Shown in pieces: positions 23,787-34,531 of a DNA stretch of 64,000 bases (positions are counted from its first letter, which is position 1; the number at the start of each line of letters is the position of its first letter). The DNA is from Acidimicrobiales bacterium (GTDB lineage: Bacteria; Actinomycetota; Acidimicrobiia; Acidimicrobiales; CAIXPF01). The stretch is taken from contig JADLEF010000088.1 in assembly GCA_020846295.1 (NCBI GenBank), positions 6,525 to 70,524 of the forward strand, written 5' to 3'. The translations under genes and the position numbers were made by a program. The notes beneath the pieces were generated by a model. It did not search any database. It was not told the DNA's origin and was given only the letters and a program-made list of their open reading frames with translations.

Positions 23787-26542
23787 GCCTCTCCTTCCGG
23801 ATCGCTGTCCTGTTCCCGTGCCGCGGCGACGGCGCTCTGCAACCGGGACAGGTCGGCGAACCGCCGTCGGCCCCGGGTCTCCTCGCCGTCCGCCTCGGTG
23901 GGGTCGGGCAGGCGCCGGAAGGCACCCGCGTCGGCCTCGGCGGCGCGGCTGTTGCCTGCCATCGTGCCGCCCGGGCGCCGCTTGACCAACCCATCGGCGG
24001 TCACCCAGGTGGCGGGCTCGCTGCCCTGCTCGCCGGCCGTACCGGATGGTTCGACGACCGTACCGTTCGGGATGCGGTCGGCGTCGCGGTCGGCGAGCCT
24101 GTCCGTGGTGCTGCGACGCCCGTCGAGCGCATCAGGTGCATCGAGCGCATCGAGCGCATCGCGGGCGGGCTCCTGATTGGGCCCGTCCTCGCCGCGGTAG
24201 CGGCCGAAGGTCGCAGGCGGCTCCGGGGCGTCGCGCAGGTCGATGACCGGCACGTCGTCGGCGATGCCCGGTTCGAACTGGAACAGCATGGGGGTACGGA
24301 CGGGCAGCCCCTCGGGCGGTGCGACGCGCCGCAGCGGCACGCGGCGGAACCCGTTGCGGCCCGACTCGTCGTCGACGGCCTCGACACCGCGGCCCCCGGC
24401 GAAGGGCAGCTCGACGTCGTCGCCGTCCCGGTCGTCGGGGAGCGGGTCCTGGTGGGTCGCGGCCTCGTGGAAGGCGTCGCCGCGCCCGTCGTGGTCGTTC
24501 GTGCCGATGCGCTCGATGCCCTCGAGGTCGATCACGTCGTCGTCGTCGATGTGCACGGCGGTGCCGTAGCGGAAGTCGTGGTCGCCGCCGCCACCGCCGC
24601 TGTGCGCGCTGCTGCTGAAGGCGACGGCACCGGCGAGCGCCGGGGCGTCGCGGCGGGGCAGCTCGAACAAGGCGCTGGGCAGGGTCACCGCGGCGGCCAC
24701 CCCACCACCGGGGTTGGCCTGCAGCTGCACCTCGACGCCGAGCTGGCGGGCGAGGCGCCCCACCACCTGGAACCCGATCCGGTCGGTGGTCAGCACGTCG
24801 ATGTCGGGGGGGCTGGCGAGGCGCTCGTTGGCCTCCTGGACCTCCCAGTCCTCCATGCCGAGCCCGTTGTCGACCACCCACACCCGCAGCTCGCCGCGGA
24901 CCCGATCGGTGCTCAACGCCACCTTGGTCGACGGCGGGGAGAAGGACATCGCGTTCTCCACCAACTCGGCCAGCAGGTGCGACAGGGTCACCGCGTGCGG
25001 CCCGGCGACCTCGATGTCGTCGCCCTGGCCGACGGCGATGTCGATGCGCTCGAGGTCGGGCACCTCACCGGTGGCGGCGCGCAGCACATCGAGCAGCGGG
25101 ACGGCCTCCGTCCAGGAACGGGGTTGGTGCTCGCCGGCGAGCACCACCAGGTTCTCGGCGTTGCGTCGCATGCGGGTGACCAGGTGATCGATGCGGAACA
25201 ACCGCTCGAGCAGGTCTGGATCGTCGTGGGTGGACTCGAGCTCGTCCATGATGGAGAGCTGCCGGTCGATGAGCGACTGGTTGCGGCGGCCCAGGTTCAA
25301 CAACATGTTGGTCACCGTGCGAGCCCGCTCCTCGGCGTGGTTCAGCGAGGTCTCGACCGACGTGCGCAGCACGACGTTGAAGGCGTCGGCCATGGTGCCG
25401 ATCTCATCGGTGGCGTCGGTCTGCACCTGGGGCAGTGCCTCGGCCAGCGCCTCCGGGGTCGGGTGGCGCAGCGCCTCGAGCACCTCGGGCAGGCGGTCGT
25501 GGGAGATGGTCCGGGCCTGGGCGGCGATGGAGGCGAGCCGGCGGTTCAACGAGCGGCCGAGCAGCAGCGCACCGGCCATGCTGCCCAGTACGGCGGCCAC
25601 CGTGACGACGGTGTACAGCAGCGCCTGGTTCCGCTGGCTGGTGGCGATGTCGGAGGCGGTGGTGACGTAGTCGTCGAAGTTCTTGTCGTCGAGGGTGTCG
25701 AGCGCGTTGAACTCGACCGACACGTTGTTCCACCACTCCGCTGCGGTGACGTCGGGTGCGTCGTTGTCCCGGGCCGCCCGGCGCACCCGCTCGATGAGCT
25801 CGTCGGAGGTGCGCACCACCGGTGCGTCCTCGATGGCCTCGAGCCGCCTGACGGTCTCTGCGTCGGACGCCCGGGTGAAGGCGTCGACGTGGGCGTCCTC
25901 GGCGGCGAGCTGGGCGTCGATGTAGGCGAGGTCGTCCACCGTGAGCGACCCGGTCTGCAGGCGGCGGACCACCGTACCCAGCAGCAGGCCGTGCTGCTCC
26001 TTGGCCGCGAGGAACTCGGTGATGGCGGTGCCGCGCTGGATCAGGCGGGCGTCGGACGCTTCGCCGAGGAGCTCGGCGTTGAACTCGATGAGACGATCCA
26101 CCACCTCGGTGTAGCGGTCGAACAGCGCATCGGGCGCGCTGGTGGCGGCGTCCACCTCGGAGCGCAGCGTCGGCAGGGTCTCCATCGCGGCGAGACCGGT
26201 GGCGCCGGCGGGGCTGCCGGCGAGGTGCCGGCTGTCGCCGGACATCAGTGCGCTGAAGGCGTTGCGCGCCGCATCGGTCTCGGCGCGGGCGTTGGCCATC
26301 AGCTCCCGGACGTCGCGCCCGCCGCCGACCATCACCCAGCTCGCCAGCCCGCGCTCGGCCTGCAGGGCGTCGATGACGTTCATCGCACTCCGGGCGACGA
26401 TGGCGTGCTCACGGGCGTGTTCGGCCTCGCGGGCCTCCTGCGCCCGTGGCTGCACGACCAGCACCGAGAAGGCGAGCAGCACCGCGAGCTGTGGCAGCAC
26501 GATCAGCGCGAGCTTCGCTCGGAACGACAGGTTCTTCCACAC
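23783..26542 (-). CDS. cvnA: Conservon membrane sensor kinase-like protein (NIT-like sensing region, HAMP, HATPase_c, long disordered tail)
   Basis: GTG start at 26542 with a GGGGAAG RBS. N-terminal TM helix, a HAMP-like segment, and an ATPase region (VVDNGLGMEDWE, GFQVVGRLARQLGV). About 330 aa of acidic/Pro/Gly-rich C-terminal tail. Confidence 0.85.
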   Translation of the reverse strand: MWKNLSFRAKLALIVLPQLAVLLAFSVLVVQPRAQEAREAEHAREHAIVARSAMNVIDALQAERGLASWVMVGGGRDVRELMANARAETDAARNAFSALMSGDSRHLAGSPAGATGLAAMETLPTLRSEVDAATSAPDALFDRYTEVVDRLIEFNAELLGEASDARLIQRGTAITEFLAAKEQHGLLLGTVVRRLQTGSLTVDDLAYIDAQLAAEDAHVDAFTRASDAETVRRLEAIEDAPVVRTSDELIERVRRAARDNDAPDVTAAEWWNNVSVEFNALDTLDDKNFDDYVTTASDIATSQRNQALLYTVVTVAAVLGSMAGALLLGRSLNRRLASIAAQARTISHDRLPEVLEALRHPTPEALAEALPQVQTDATDEIGTMADAFNVVLRTSVETSLNHAEERARTVTNMLLNLGRRNQSLIDRQLSIMDELESTHDDPDLLERLFRIDHLVTRMRRNAENLVVLAGEHQPRSWTEAVPLLDVLRAATGEVPDLERIDIAVGQGDDIEVAGPHAVTLSHLLAELVENAMSFSPPSTKVALSTDRVRGELRVWVVDNGLGMEDWEVQEANERLASPPDIDVLTTDRIGFQVVGRLARQLGVEVQLQANPGGGVAAAVTLPSALFELPRRDAPALAGAVAFSSSAHSGGGGGDHDFRYGTAVHIDDDDVIDLEGIERIGTNDHDGRGDAFHEAATHQDPLPDDRDGDDVELPFAGGRGVEAVDDESGRNGFRRVPLRRVAPPEGLPVRTPMLFQFEPGIADDVPVIDLRDAPEPPATFGRYRGEDGPNQEPARDALDALDAPDALDGRRSTTDRLADRDADRIPNGTVVEPSGTAGEQGSEPATWVTADGLVKRRPGGTMAGNSRAAEADAGAFRRLPDPTEADGEETRGRRRFADLSRLQSAVAAAREQDSDPEGEA

Positions 26543-26958
26543 GCTGTACTTCCCCGTTGCTCTGCAGCGTCATCCACTGCTTCCGACCGTGGCACGGGTC
26601 GCGACGTCAGCGGTTCGCTGACTGCACTCGCGGCGCGCCGAAGCAGAGCGCAACAGTCGTGTTCCCGCCGAACACCCGATGGATCGGGCCACCAAACCCA
26701 TTCGCAGACTAGCGCGAACAATGCTGAATCAGTGCCTTGCGATCAGGTTGTTTGCATGTTGGTCGCAATCGCCATTGCACCTTCGTCGTAGCACGCCGTT
26801 CGGCGCGCTCGCGATTGACACGGATGGTTCATGACGCGACATCCGCCGTACCGCCAAGGTGCGGAACGGTCCGCGTCCCGACCGGTCCTCGCCGCCACCG
26901 GGGCGCCGGTCCGCGCCGGGGCGTAGGATGTGGCCCTCTCGAAGCTGTGGGGGCTGGT

Positions 26959-28674
<1,716 letters not shown>

Positions 28675-28800
28675 CGCCGATCGGGAACGGACGTGCCGTG
28701 ACGCTGCGGTTCGGGGACGGCTTCGAGATCGGTGAGCTGGTCGCAGGCTGGTTGAGCCCAGCCCGGCGGCGAGCGCTCAAGCTCCGCGCCCCCGGGAGGT

Positions 28801-28817
28801 GACTCCCCCGGGGAGTC
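28801..28817 (+). terminator. Dyad / hairpin after the D-aminoacylase gene
   Basis: GACTCCCC c GGGGAGTC perfect 8-bp dyad. An alternative fold uses CCCCGGGAG (28790-28798). It lies 125 nt after the stop and immediately before the ArsR promoter. Confidence 0.3.
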
Positions 28818-28818
28818 C

Positions 28819-28849
28819 TTGACGACCTACAACTCATTGGTTGTAGATT
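28819..28849 (+). promoter_or_regulatory. Putative leaderless promoter with ArsR-type operator
   Basis: TTGACG (28819-28824), 19-nt spacer, TAGATT (28844-28849). The ATG at 28856 is 7 nt after the -10 element. A perfect inverted repeat CTACAAC-N6-GTTGTAG (28827-28846) sits in the spacer. Confidence 0.35.
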
Positions 28850-28855
28850 GGCGGC

Positions 28856-29218
28856 ATGGTCGAAGCACACGCGGCGGTGGACCCCGCTGAAGCGCACATC
28901 GATCGGCTGCTCCACGCCCTCTCCGACGCAACCCGGCGAGACATCGTCCGGCACACGTTGCGGGGGGAGCACTCGGTCTCCTCGCTCGCCCGTCGGTACC
29001 CGATGAGCTTCGCTGCGGTGCAGAAGCACGTCGCGGTGCTGCACCGGGCCGGGATCGTGAGCAAGCAGGCCAAGGGCCGCGAGCAGCTGGTGCGCGCCGA
29101 CATCGACGCGGTTCGAACCGTGGCGCGCCTGCTCGACCAGTACGAGGCGATCTGGCGCGGCCGCATGGACCGCATCGACGCGCTGCTCGCCGAACCGGAA
29201 CAAGGAGCCGACCCATGA
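28856..29218 (+). CDS. ArsR/SmtB-family transcriptional regulator
   Basis: 120 aa with winged-HTH pattern LSDATRRDIVRHTL...SVSSLARRYPMSFAAVQKHVAVLHRAGIV. Confidence 0.85.
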   Translation: MVEAHAAVDPAEAHIDRLLHALSDATRRDIVRHTLRGEHSVSSLARRYPMSFAAVQKHVAVLHRAGIVSKQAKGREQLVRADIDAVRTVARLLDQYEAIWRGRMDRIDALLAEPEQGADP

Positions 29219-29706
29219 CCGTGACCGACGTCCGCAAGGACATCGATGCCCTCACCCTCACCATCACCGCGGTGTTCGCCGCCCCCGCCGAGCGGGTGTG
29301 GACGGTCTGGTCCGATCCCCGCCGGCTCGAGCGCTGGTGGGGGCCGCCGACGCACCCCGCCACGGTGACCGATCACGACCTGCGCCCCGGCGGGGTGGTG
29401 CGGTACTTCATGACCAGCCCCGAGGGCGACAAGTACCACGGGTTCTGGACCATCGCCACCGTGGATGCGCCGCACCACCTGAGCTTCGAGGACGCCTTCG
29501 CCGACGACGCCGGCAACGCCGCACCGAACATGCCGGTGACCCGGGCGGAGGTCACCCTGCGGGAGCTGGGCGACGGGCGCACCGAGATGATCGTCGCCTC
29601 GACGTTCCCGTCCGCCGAGGCGATGGAGCAGCTCATCGAGATGGGCATGCTGGCCGGTATCGTCCTGTGCATCACCCAGATCACGCCGCTGCTCGCCGAG
29701 GCCTGA
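29215..29706 (+). CDS. SRPBCC (AHSA1/Aha1-like) domain protein
   Basis: ATGA overlap with the ArsR stop and RBS AAGGAG. Contains the ERVWTVWSDPRRLERWWGPP motif typical of this family. ArsR plus SRPBCC is a classic pairing. Confidence 0.85.
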   Translation: MTVTDVRKDIDALTLTITAVFAAPAERVWTVWSDPRRLERWWGPPTHPATVTDHDLRPGGVVRYFMTSPEGDKYHGFWTIATVDAPHHLSFEDAFADDAGNAAPNMPVTRAEVTLRELGDGRTEMIVASTFPSAEAMEQLIEMGMLAGIVLCITQITPLLAEA

Positions 29707-29729
29707 CCGGGCTGGTCGAGCGCTGACGA

Positions 29730-30161
29730 TCAGCGCAACGTCGTGGTCGACAGCTCGGCGACGACCTTGATGCCGAGCCGGCCGTCCTGACGGCTCAGCA
29801 GGTACAGCGCCTGGATCCGTTGGTACGGCCGGTCTTCGGTGTCGCGGCGCGTCACCGTGGCCACGAGGGCCTCGCGGGGCCCGCGCACCGTTCGGGCGAC
29901 GTCCCGTGGAGGCGGGGGCGCGAGCTCGCCGAGGGCGCGGACATCGTCGATGGTGGAGCGCGACCAGTGCGCGGGCAGGTGGGCGAGCAGCGAGGACGGC
30001 TCGACGATGGTCGGCAGCGTCATCCCGACGCCCGCCTCGTCGGGCCTGGGTGCCGGCACCGAGGTGACCGGTGGGTGGAAGTGCCGGGCGAACGCCTCGC
30101 CGTCGAGCGCGTTGAACGCGTCGATGTAGGACTCGAAGAAGCGGACCAGCTCGGCGCTCAC
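29730..30161 (-). CDS. NTF2/SnoaL-like fold hypothetical protein
   Basis: 143 aa. GTG start in a GTGA overlap with the upstream gene. The N-terminus FFESYIDAFNALDGEAFARHF is NTF2-like. Confidence 0.5.
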   Translation of the reverse strand: MSAELVRFFESYIDAFNALDGEAFARHFHPPVTSVPAPRPDEAGVGMTLPTIVEPSSLLAHLPAHWSRSTIDDVRALGELAPPPPRDVARTVRGPREALVATVTRRDTEDRPYQRIQALYLLSRQDGRLGIKVVAELSTTTLR

Positions 30162-30718
30162 GTCCTGCCCAGCGCCGGGGCGCCGTCCTCCGGGGTGACG
30201 CCGATCGAGTTCAGGGCGTAGGCCAGCATCGTGTACTGCCCCACCGTGAAGCAGACCTCGATCAGCTGCTGCGGGTCGTAGCGCTCGGCGAGCGCGGCCC
30301 AGGTGGCGTCCTCCAGGCGGGCCCCGGCGAACAGCTCGTCGGCGGCACGGACCAGCAGCCGGCCCCAGGCGTCGAGCTTGTCGGAGCCTGCGCCCTCGCC
30401 GATGCCGGTGAGCTCGTCGTCGGTGAGGCCCTCACGCCGGCCCCAGCCGACGTGCTGGCCCCACTCGTAGTCGGCCCGGCAGTTGTGAGCGGCGCGCAGG
30501 ATGAGCGTCTCCCGATCCCGGCCGGGCAGGGTGCCCGTGTACAGGATCGCCGTACCGAAGCGCATCCACGGGGTGGCGAGAGCGGTGTGGTTGGCCAACG
30601 TGGCGTACACCTTCGGCACGTAGGGCCGGCCGGCGCGGCCGAGGTCCATCAGCTCGCGCTGCGCATCGGTGGCCTCGGACGGATCGACGAGCGGGATCTT
30701 CTGCGGTGCGGCGCTCAC
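30158..30718 (-). CDS. Carboxymuconolactone decarboxylase (AhpD-like) family protein
   Basis: 186 aa with GTG start and the motif RAAHNCRADYEWGQH. Collinear with the interrupted paralog at 41904-42533. Confidence 0.8.
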   Translation of the reverse strand: MSAAPQKIPLVDPSEATDAQRELMDLGRAGRPYVPKVYATLANHTALATPWMRFGTAILYTGTLPGRDRETLILRAAHNCRADYEWGQHVGWGRREGLTDDELTGIGEGAGSDKLDAWGRLLVRAADELFAGARLEDATWAALAERYDPQQLIEVCFTVGQYTMLAYALNSIGVTPEDGAPALGRT

Positions 30719-30788
30719 GGCCGGAACCCTAGTGCTGCGGCGCGGGAGTCCTGCGCGTGTTGTGGAGGACTCGTGGGTGCGGATGGGC

Positions 30789-31796
30789 TCAGCCCAGTCT
30801 GGCCGCCTTGACCAGGTTGCGGTTCAGGGTGATCGCCTCGTCGTGGGGCATGCGGCCGCACCCGCACGAGGCCGAAACCGAGAGCCGCTCCTCGGGGAGC
30901 ACGGCGAGCAGGGCGTCGAGCTGCGCCCGGTAGTGGTCGAGCGGCGCAGGCGGTGCCTTCACATCGCCGACACCGGCAACGACCCGCAGCGACGGCGGCA
31001 CGTCGGCCAGCAACCGGCGTTCCTCCCACTGCCCGGCGTAGGAGCATTCGAGCAGCACCCGGTCCACCCGACCCTCCAGCGCCTGCAGCAGGGGCAGCAG
31101 CGAGCGCAGGTTCTGCACCTGGGTGGAGGGCTTGCGGGCGATGTCACCGAGGCAGAAGTGCACGCTGCGCAGCACACCGCTCGGTACGGACTCGAACCCG
31201 CCGGCGATCCACTCGGCCAGCTGGGCCACGGGTCGACGGCCGTGGGCGCAGGCGATCGACTCCGCCGGGGCGTCGAGCTGCACCTCCGTCGCACCGCCGG
31301 CCACCACGTCGGCCACCTCGGCGCGCACCACCGCCACGAGGTCGGCCATCGCCTGCTCCAGCCGCGGATCGTCGGGGAAGGAGAGCGCGATGGTGAACGG
31401 CGAGGGGATCGCCACCCGCTGGAGGGACGGCTCGATGGCCCGCTCCCGCCGAAACGCCTTGGCATGGCCGAGTCCGTCGGGCGCGGTGATCGACCCGACG
31501 ATGCGGTACCGGCCGATGCCCGCCTGGCCGGCGGCGATGTCGCGCCGGGCCATCGCCTCGAGGCCGCGCAGACGGGGCGGCACGGTGTGCACGAAATCCG
31601 GCGCGAACACCTCGCCGCCGGCGATCTCGTCGAGCTCGCAGGCGATCATCTCGTCCATGGCGATGCGGGCGGCGGCGACGAGGGCGGCGCGCACCGCCGG
31701 ATCGTCCTCGGTGCGCTCGCCCCGCCAGAACGGCCGCAGCCGGGGTCGGAGCCCGAACGGCGGCGGCCAGCTGCCCACGGCCACGGTGCTGATCAT
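30789..31796 (-). CDS. Cobalamin-independent methionine synthase II (MetE C-terminal-like) family protein
   Basis: 335 aa with ATG start. Family-like pattern including VHFCLGD and a C-terminal SASCGCG (putative Zn ligands). The assignment is by resemblance only. Confidence 0.55.
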   Translation of the reverse strand: MISTVAVGSWPPPFGLRPRLRPFWRGERTEDDPAVRAALVAAARIAMDEMIACELDEIAGGEVFAPDFVHTVPPRLRGLEAMARRDIAAGQAGIGRYRIVGSITAPDGLGHAKAFRRERAIEPSLQRVAIPSPFTIALSFPDDPRLEQAMADLVAVVRAEVADVVAGGATEVQLDAPAESIACAHGRRPVAQLAEWIAGGFESVPSGVLRSVHFCLGDIARKPSTQVQNLRSLLPLLQALEGRVDRVLLECSYAGQWEERRLLADVPPSLRVVAGVGDVKAPPAPLDHYRAQLDALLAVLPEERLSVSASCGCGRMPHDEAITLNRNLVKAARLG

Positions 31797-31837
31797 GGTC
31801 GCACGCTACCGCCCGGCGGTTGTCGGGCGGGCGTCGT

Positions 31838-32257
31838 TCAGAGGCCGCAGGAGCCCCGGTCGAGGTGGAACCAGCGCTCGTTGGCGCGCCGGCAGGCCGC
31901 CATGCCGACGACGACCCCGGCGATGGTGGCCACACCGGGCACCGCCCCCGAAGCGACCTGGACGATCGGGATCGCCGGGCAGCCCCCCGAGATCGCCCAG
32001 CCCGTACCGAAGAGCATGGCCCCAGGTACCAGCCCGGCGTGGAGCCGGGCGCGCGGCGGCGGTCGACCGACCACCGCGAAGGCGGCCGCGGCCCGCGCCA
32101 CCCCGCCGCCGAACGCGCCCAGCATGCGCAGATCGCCGAAGGTGAACATCCGGTTCAGCTCCCCGAAATCCCCGAAGCCGATGTTGGCGATGGCGAAGCC
32201 GAACAGGAGCCCGAACGCGATGTTGCCGGCGAGGATCCGGCGCCCGGGCGCCTTCAC
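31838..32257 (-). CDS. YeeE/YedE-type sulfur transporter, second half (DUF6691-like)
   Basis: GTG at 32257 in a GTGA overlap with the upstream stop. Hydrophobic, with the conserved GTGWAISGGCP motif. Confidence 0.7.
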   Translation of the reverse strand: MKAPGRRILAGNIAFGLLFGFAIANIGFGDFGELNRMFTFGDLRMLGAFGGGVARAAAAFAVVGRPPPRARLHAGLVPGAMLFGTGWAISGGCPAIPIVQVASGAVPGVATIAGVVVGMAACRRANERWFHLDRGSCGL

Positions 32258-32916
32258 AGCACGTCCCACAACAGGAACGACACGGCCACGGCCGTACCGA
32301 AGAACGCCGCGGTGGCCACCAGGGAGGCCGGCTGCAGGCGGCTGCACCCGCTCAGTCCGTGGCCGGATGAGCAGCCGCCGGCCAGCCGGGTCCCGAAGCC
32401 CGCCAGCACCCCGCCGAGGAACAGCGTGGGCCACATGCGCCAGCCGCCGGCGACGAGGGAGGCGAAGTCCGGTCCCATGTCCAGGCGCACCTCGAAGCGT
32501 CCCGACACCACGGCGGCGATCAGGCCGCCCACGAAGATCGACGCGAGGAGCGCGGCGTGGGCCGCGACGGGCACCGGTGGCGCCGGTGCCGGAGCGGCAT
32601 CGGCGTCCGTCGCAGGCGCGGCCGCCGCGGCGGGCGCGTCCGGTGCTGCCTCGATCCCCGATGGGGCGACGGCTCGCGTCGCGACCGCGACGGTGGCGCT
32701 TCCGAACGCCTCGGCGGTGGCTGCGGAGAGCGCCGCCTCGAAGCCAGCGTCGTCGAAGGCGGCGTCGAGCTGCTCGACGGCGCGCTCCTCGCGCCAGTGC
32801 AGCACCCGGTCCCAAGCGGTGGACGCTCCGAGGGTCCGGCCCACGGTACGCCAGTACCCGAACGTCACCGTGGCCAGCGCAGGCGCTCCCACCCACCAGG
32901 GCCAGTAGCCGCTCAT
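32254..32916 (-). CDS. YeeE/YedE-family sulfur-compound transporter, first half
   Basis: The ATG at 32916 gives MSGYWPWWVGAP.... Conserved GTRLAGGCSSGHGLSG. Ala/Pro-rich insert loop. ATGA overlap with the upstream Cys-rich gene. Confidence 0.75.
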   Translation of the reverse strand: MSGYWPWWVGAPALATVTFGYWRTVGRTLGASTAWDRVLHWREERAVEQLDAAFDDAGFEAALSAATAEAFGSATVAVATRAVAPSGIEAAPDAPAAAAAPATDADAAPAPAPPVPVAAHAALLASIFVGGLIAAVVSGRFEVRLDMGPDFASLVAGGWRMWPTLFLGGVLAGFGTRLAGGCSSGHGLSGCSRLQPASLVATAAFFGTAVAVSFLLWDVL

Positions 32917-33311
32917 CGCGACCCCCTCAGCAGGGCGAACAGGCGGCCCCACCACGGCAGCAGCGGTGGTGCGTGCCCGATGGAAGCCACCCGGGGCATC
33001 GGTTCCGCCCGGATCGCCGGCGGTGCCGCCGCCGGCGGTGCCGCCGTCGCCGTGGCCGCCCACGCCGTGGGTGCCACGGCGCCCGGTGCGCTCGTCGTGC
33101 CCGACGGGCGCGCCGTCTGGACGTCGAGCGCCTGTACGAACTTGCCGTTGGGCAGCAGCGCCAGTGGCACGGGCCGTCCCGCGGCTGCGTTGTTGTAGCG
33201 GGCACAGCTCATCCACTCGTGCTCGGTGTCGCAATAGTGGACTCGCCAGCGCTCCAGGCTCGCCTTGAGCTTTGGGAACAGCGGGCAGTCCGCTGCGTGT
33301 GAGCAGGCCAT
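32913..33311 (-). CDS. Small Cys/His-rich protein (4-Cys N-terminal domain, Ala/Pro linker, hydrophobic tail)
   Basis: ATG at 33311 preceded by a GGAGG RBS (GTG at 33317 also in frame). Sequence MACSHAADCPLFPKLKASLERWRVHYCDTEHEWMSCARY...LLPNGKF. Good G/C third-position bias. Translationally coupled to YeeE. Confidence 0.55.
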   Translation of the reverse strand: MACSHAADCPLFPKLKASLERWRVHYCDTEHEWMSCARYNNAAAGRPVPLALLPNGKFVQALDVQTARPSGTTSAPGAVAPTAWAATATAAPPAAAPPAIRAEPMPRVASIGHAPPLLPWWGRLFALLRGSR

Positions 33312-33676
33312 CGACACCTCCGCCGGGTCGATCGGAGCGGCCGGCTCGCTCGGGTTCGGCCGCTGGACGCAGCCACCGTTCGGTTGCTGCTCTTCCGTAG
33401 CGTAGCGCTGCGAAGTGCCTCAATTCGGTGACATCTGCACGCTTTTCCATAACTGCATTGGACGTATTCGTCGCGCGTCAACTGGTGTCGGTCGTGGCGG
33501 TCACGGCGCGGTCGGCGATCGATGTGGAGTGGAGCAATCCAGGTGCATGGCGCGATCGTCGTGCGCCCGATCGCTTCCGAACCGAGCGGTACGGTCGAGG
33601 GCGTCGGGGCCGAGGCCCTACGATGCGTGCGTTCGATCGCCGGTACGGCCGGCGGGCAGGCCGAAGGGGGAACGCC

Positions 33677-34531
33677 ATGAGCGACGGGGTCGCGACCACG
33701 AGGAACTGGGCCGAGCGTCACGACGATGCCATGGAGGTGCTGCGCACCATGGCCGGCGTCGACGGTGACACGGCGGAGCGGATCGCCGCCGGGATGGAGC
33801 GGCGCTTCGGTGCGCTGGGCACCTTCGCCATGCACGCGGTGATGGGGGACTTGTGGTGCCGGCCGGAGCTGTCGCGCCGCGACCGCAGCCTGGTCGTGGT
33901 GTCGGTGTTGATGGCGCAGGCCCGCGACGAGGAGCTCGAGTTGCACGTGGCCAACGCGGTGCGCCACGGGATGGCCCGTGAGGAGATCGACGAGCTGCTG
34001 CTGCACGTCGCCGCCTACGCGGGGTTCCCCGCCGCCATGAGCTCGGTGCGCAAGGTGGATGCCGCCTTCAACAAGTTGGACGGTCTGCCTGCCGACGCCC
34101 GCCGCGAACGCCCGGCGGCCGAGCACATCGACGATGCCGAGCGCGACCGCCGCGCCGCCGACGTTCGCCGAACCCTGACCGCCGGCCGGGCCGCCGCCGA
34201 CCCCGCGACCGACATGGCGAACATGGTCGGGTTGCTCGGTGACGTGGGCGCCCTCGCGTTCCGCTTCGCCTTCGGGGAGATCTGGTCCCGGCCCCAGCTG
34301 AGCCGCCGCGACCGCTCCCTGTGCGTGATCGCCGTCCTCGCCGCCCTGGGCCAGGACCATGAGCTGGCCATCCACGTGCCCGGCGGGCTGCACCACGGCC
34401 TGAGCCGGACCGAGATCGAGGAGGTCATGGTGCAGATGGCCCTCTACGCCGGGTTCCCCCGGGCGGTTGACGGGATGCTCGCCACCCGCGCCGCGTTCGC
34501 CAAGATCGACGCCCGGGCGGCGAAGGGGTGA
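33677..34531 (+). CDS. Two-domain carboxymuconolactone decarboxylase family protein
   Basis: ATG at 33677 with RBS GAAGGGGG. Duplicated pattern W.RPELSRRDRSL..V..L ... EL.LHV ... G....EI.E.L.H...YAGFP in both halves. Confidence 0.8.
   Translation: MSDGVATTRNWAERHDDAMEVLRTMAGVDGDTAERIAAGMERRFGALGTFAMHAVMGDLWCRPELSRRDRSLVVVSVLMAQARDEELELHVANAVRHGMAREEIDELLLHVAAYAGFPAAMSSVRKVDAAFNKLDGLPADARRERPAAEHIDDAERDRRAADVRRTLTAGRAAADPATDMANMVGLLGDVGALAFRFAFGEIWSRPQLSRRDRSLCVIAVLAALGQDHELAIHVPGGLHHGLSRTEIEEVMVQMALYAGFPRAVDGMLATRAAFAKIDARAAKG

Noticed and set aside
24122-24161. The 9-bp tandem repeat GCATCGAGC as a regulatory element
   Set aside because: It lies inside the cvnA coding tail and simply encodes the low-complexity DALDALDAPDALD segment.
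24452-26791. 779-aa plus-strand ORF opposite cvnA
   Set aside because: It is a shadow ORF of cvnA, which itself has clear sensor-kinase motifs and operon coupling. The translation is Gly/Val/Asp/His-rich and repetitive.
26815-26820. TTGACA hexamer as the promoter of the D-aminoacylase gene
   Set aside because: I could find no acceptable TANNNT -10 element at 16-19 nt spacing, so a single hexamer match is not evidence.
30669-33302. 877-aa plus-strand ORF spanning four minus-strand genes
   Set aside because: It crosses four independently supported minus-strand genes and is an Arg/Pro-rich shadow ORF. The same judgement applies to 18405-20840 (-), 44589-46520 (-), 10204-11997 (-), 10515-12350 (+), 20558-22342 (+) and 49326-51224 (-).
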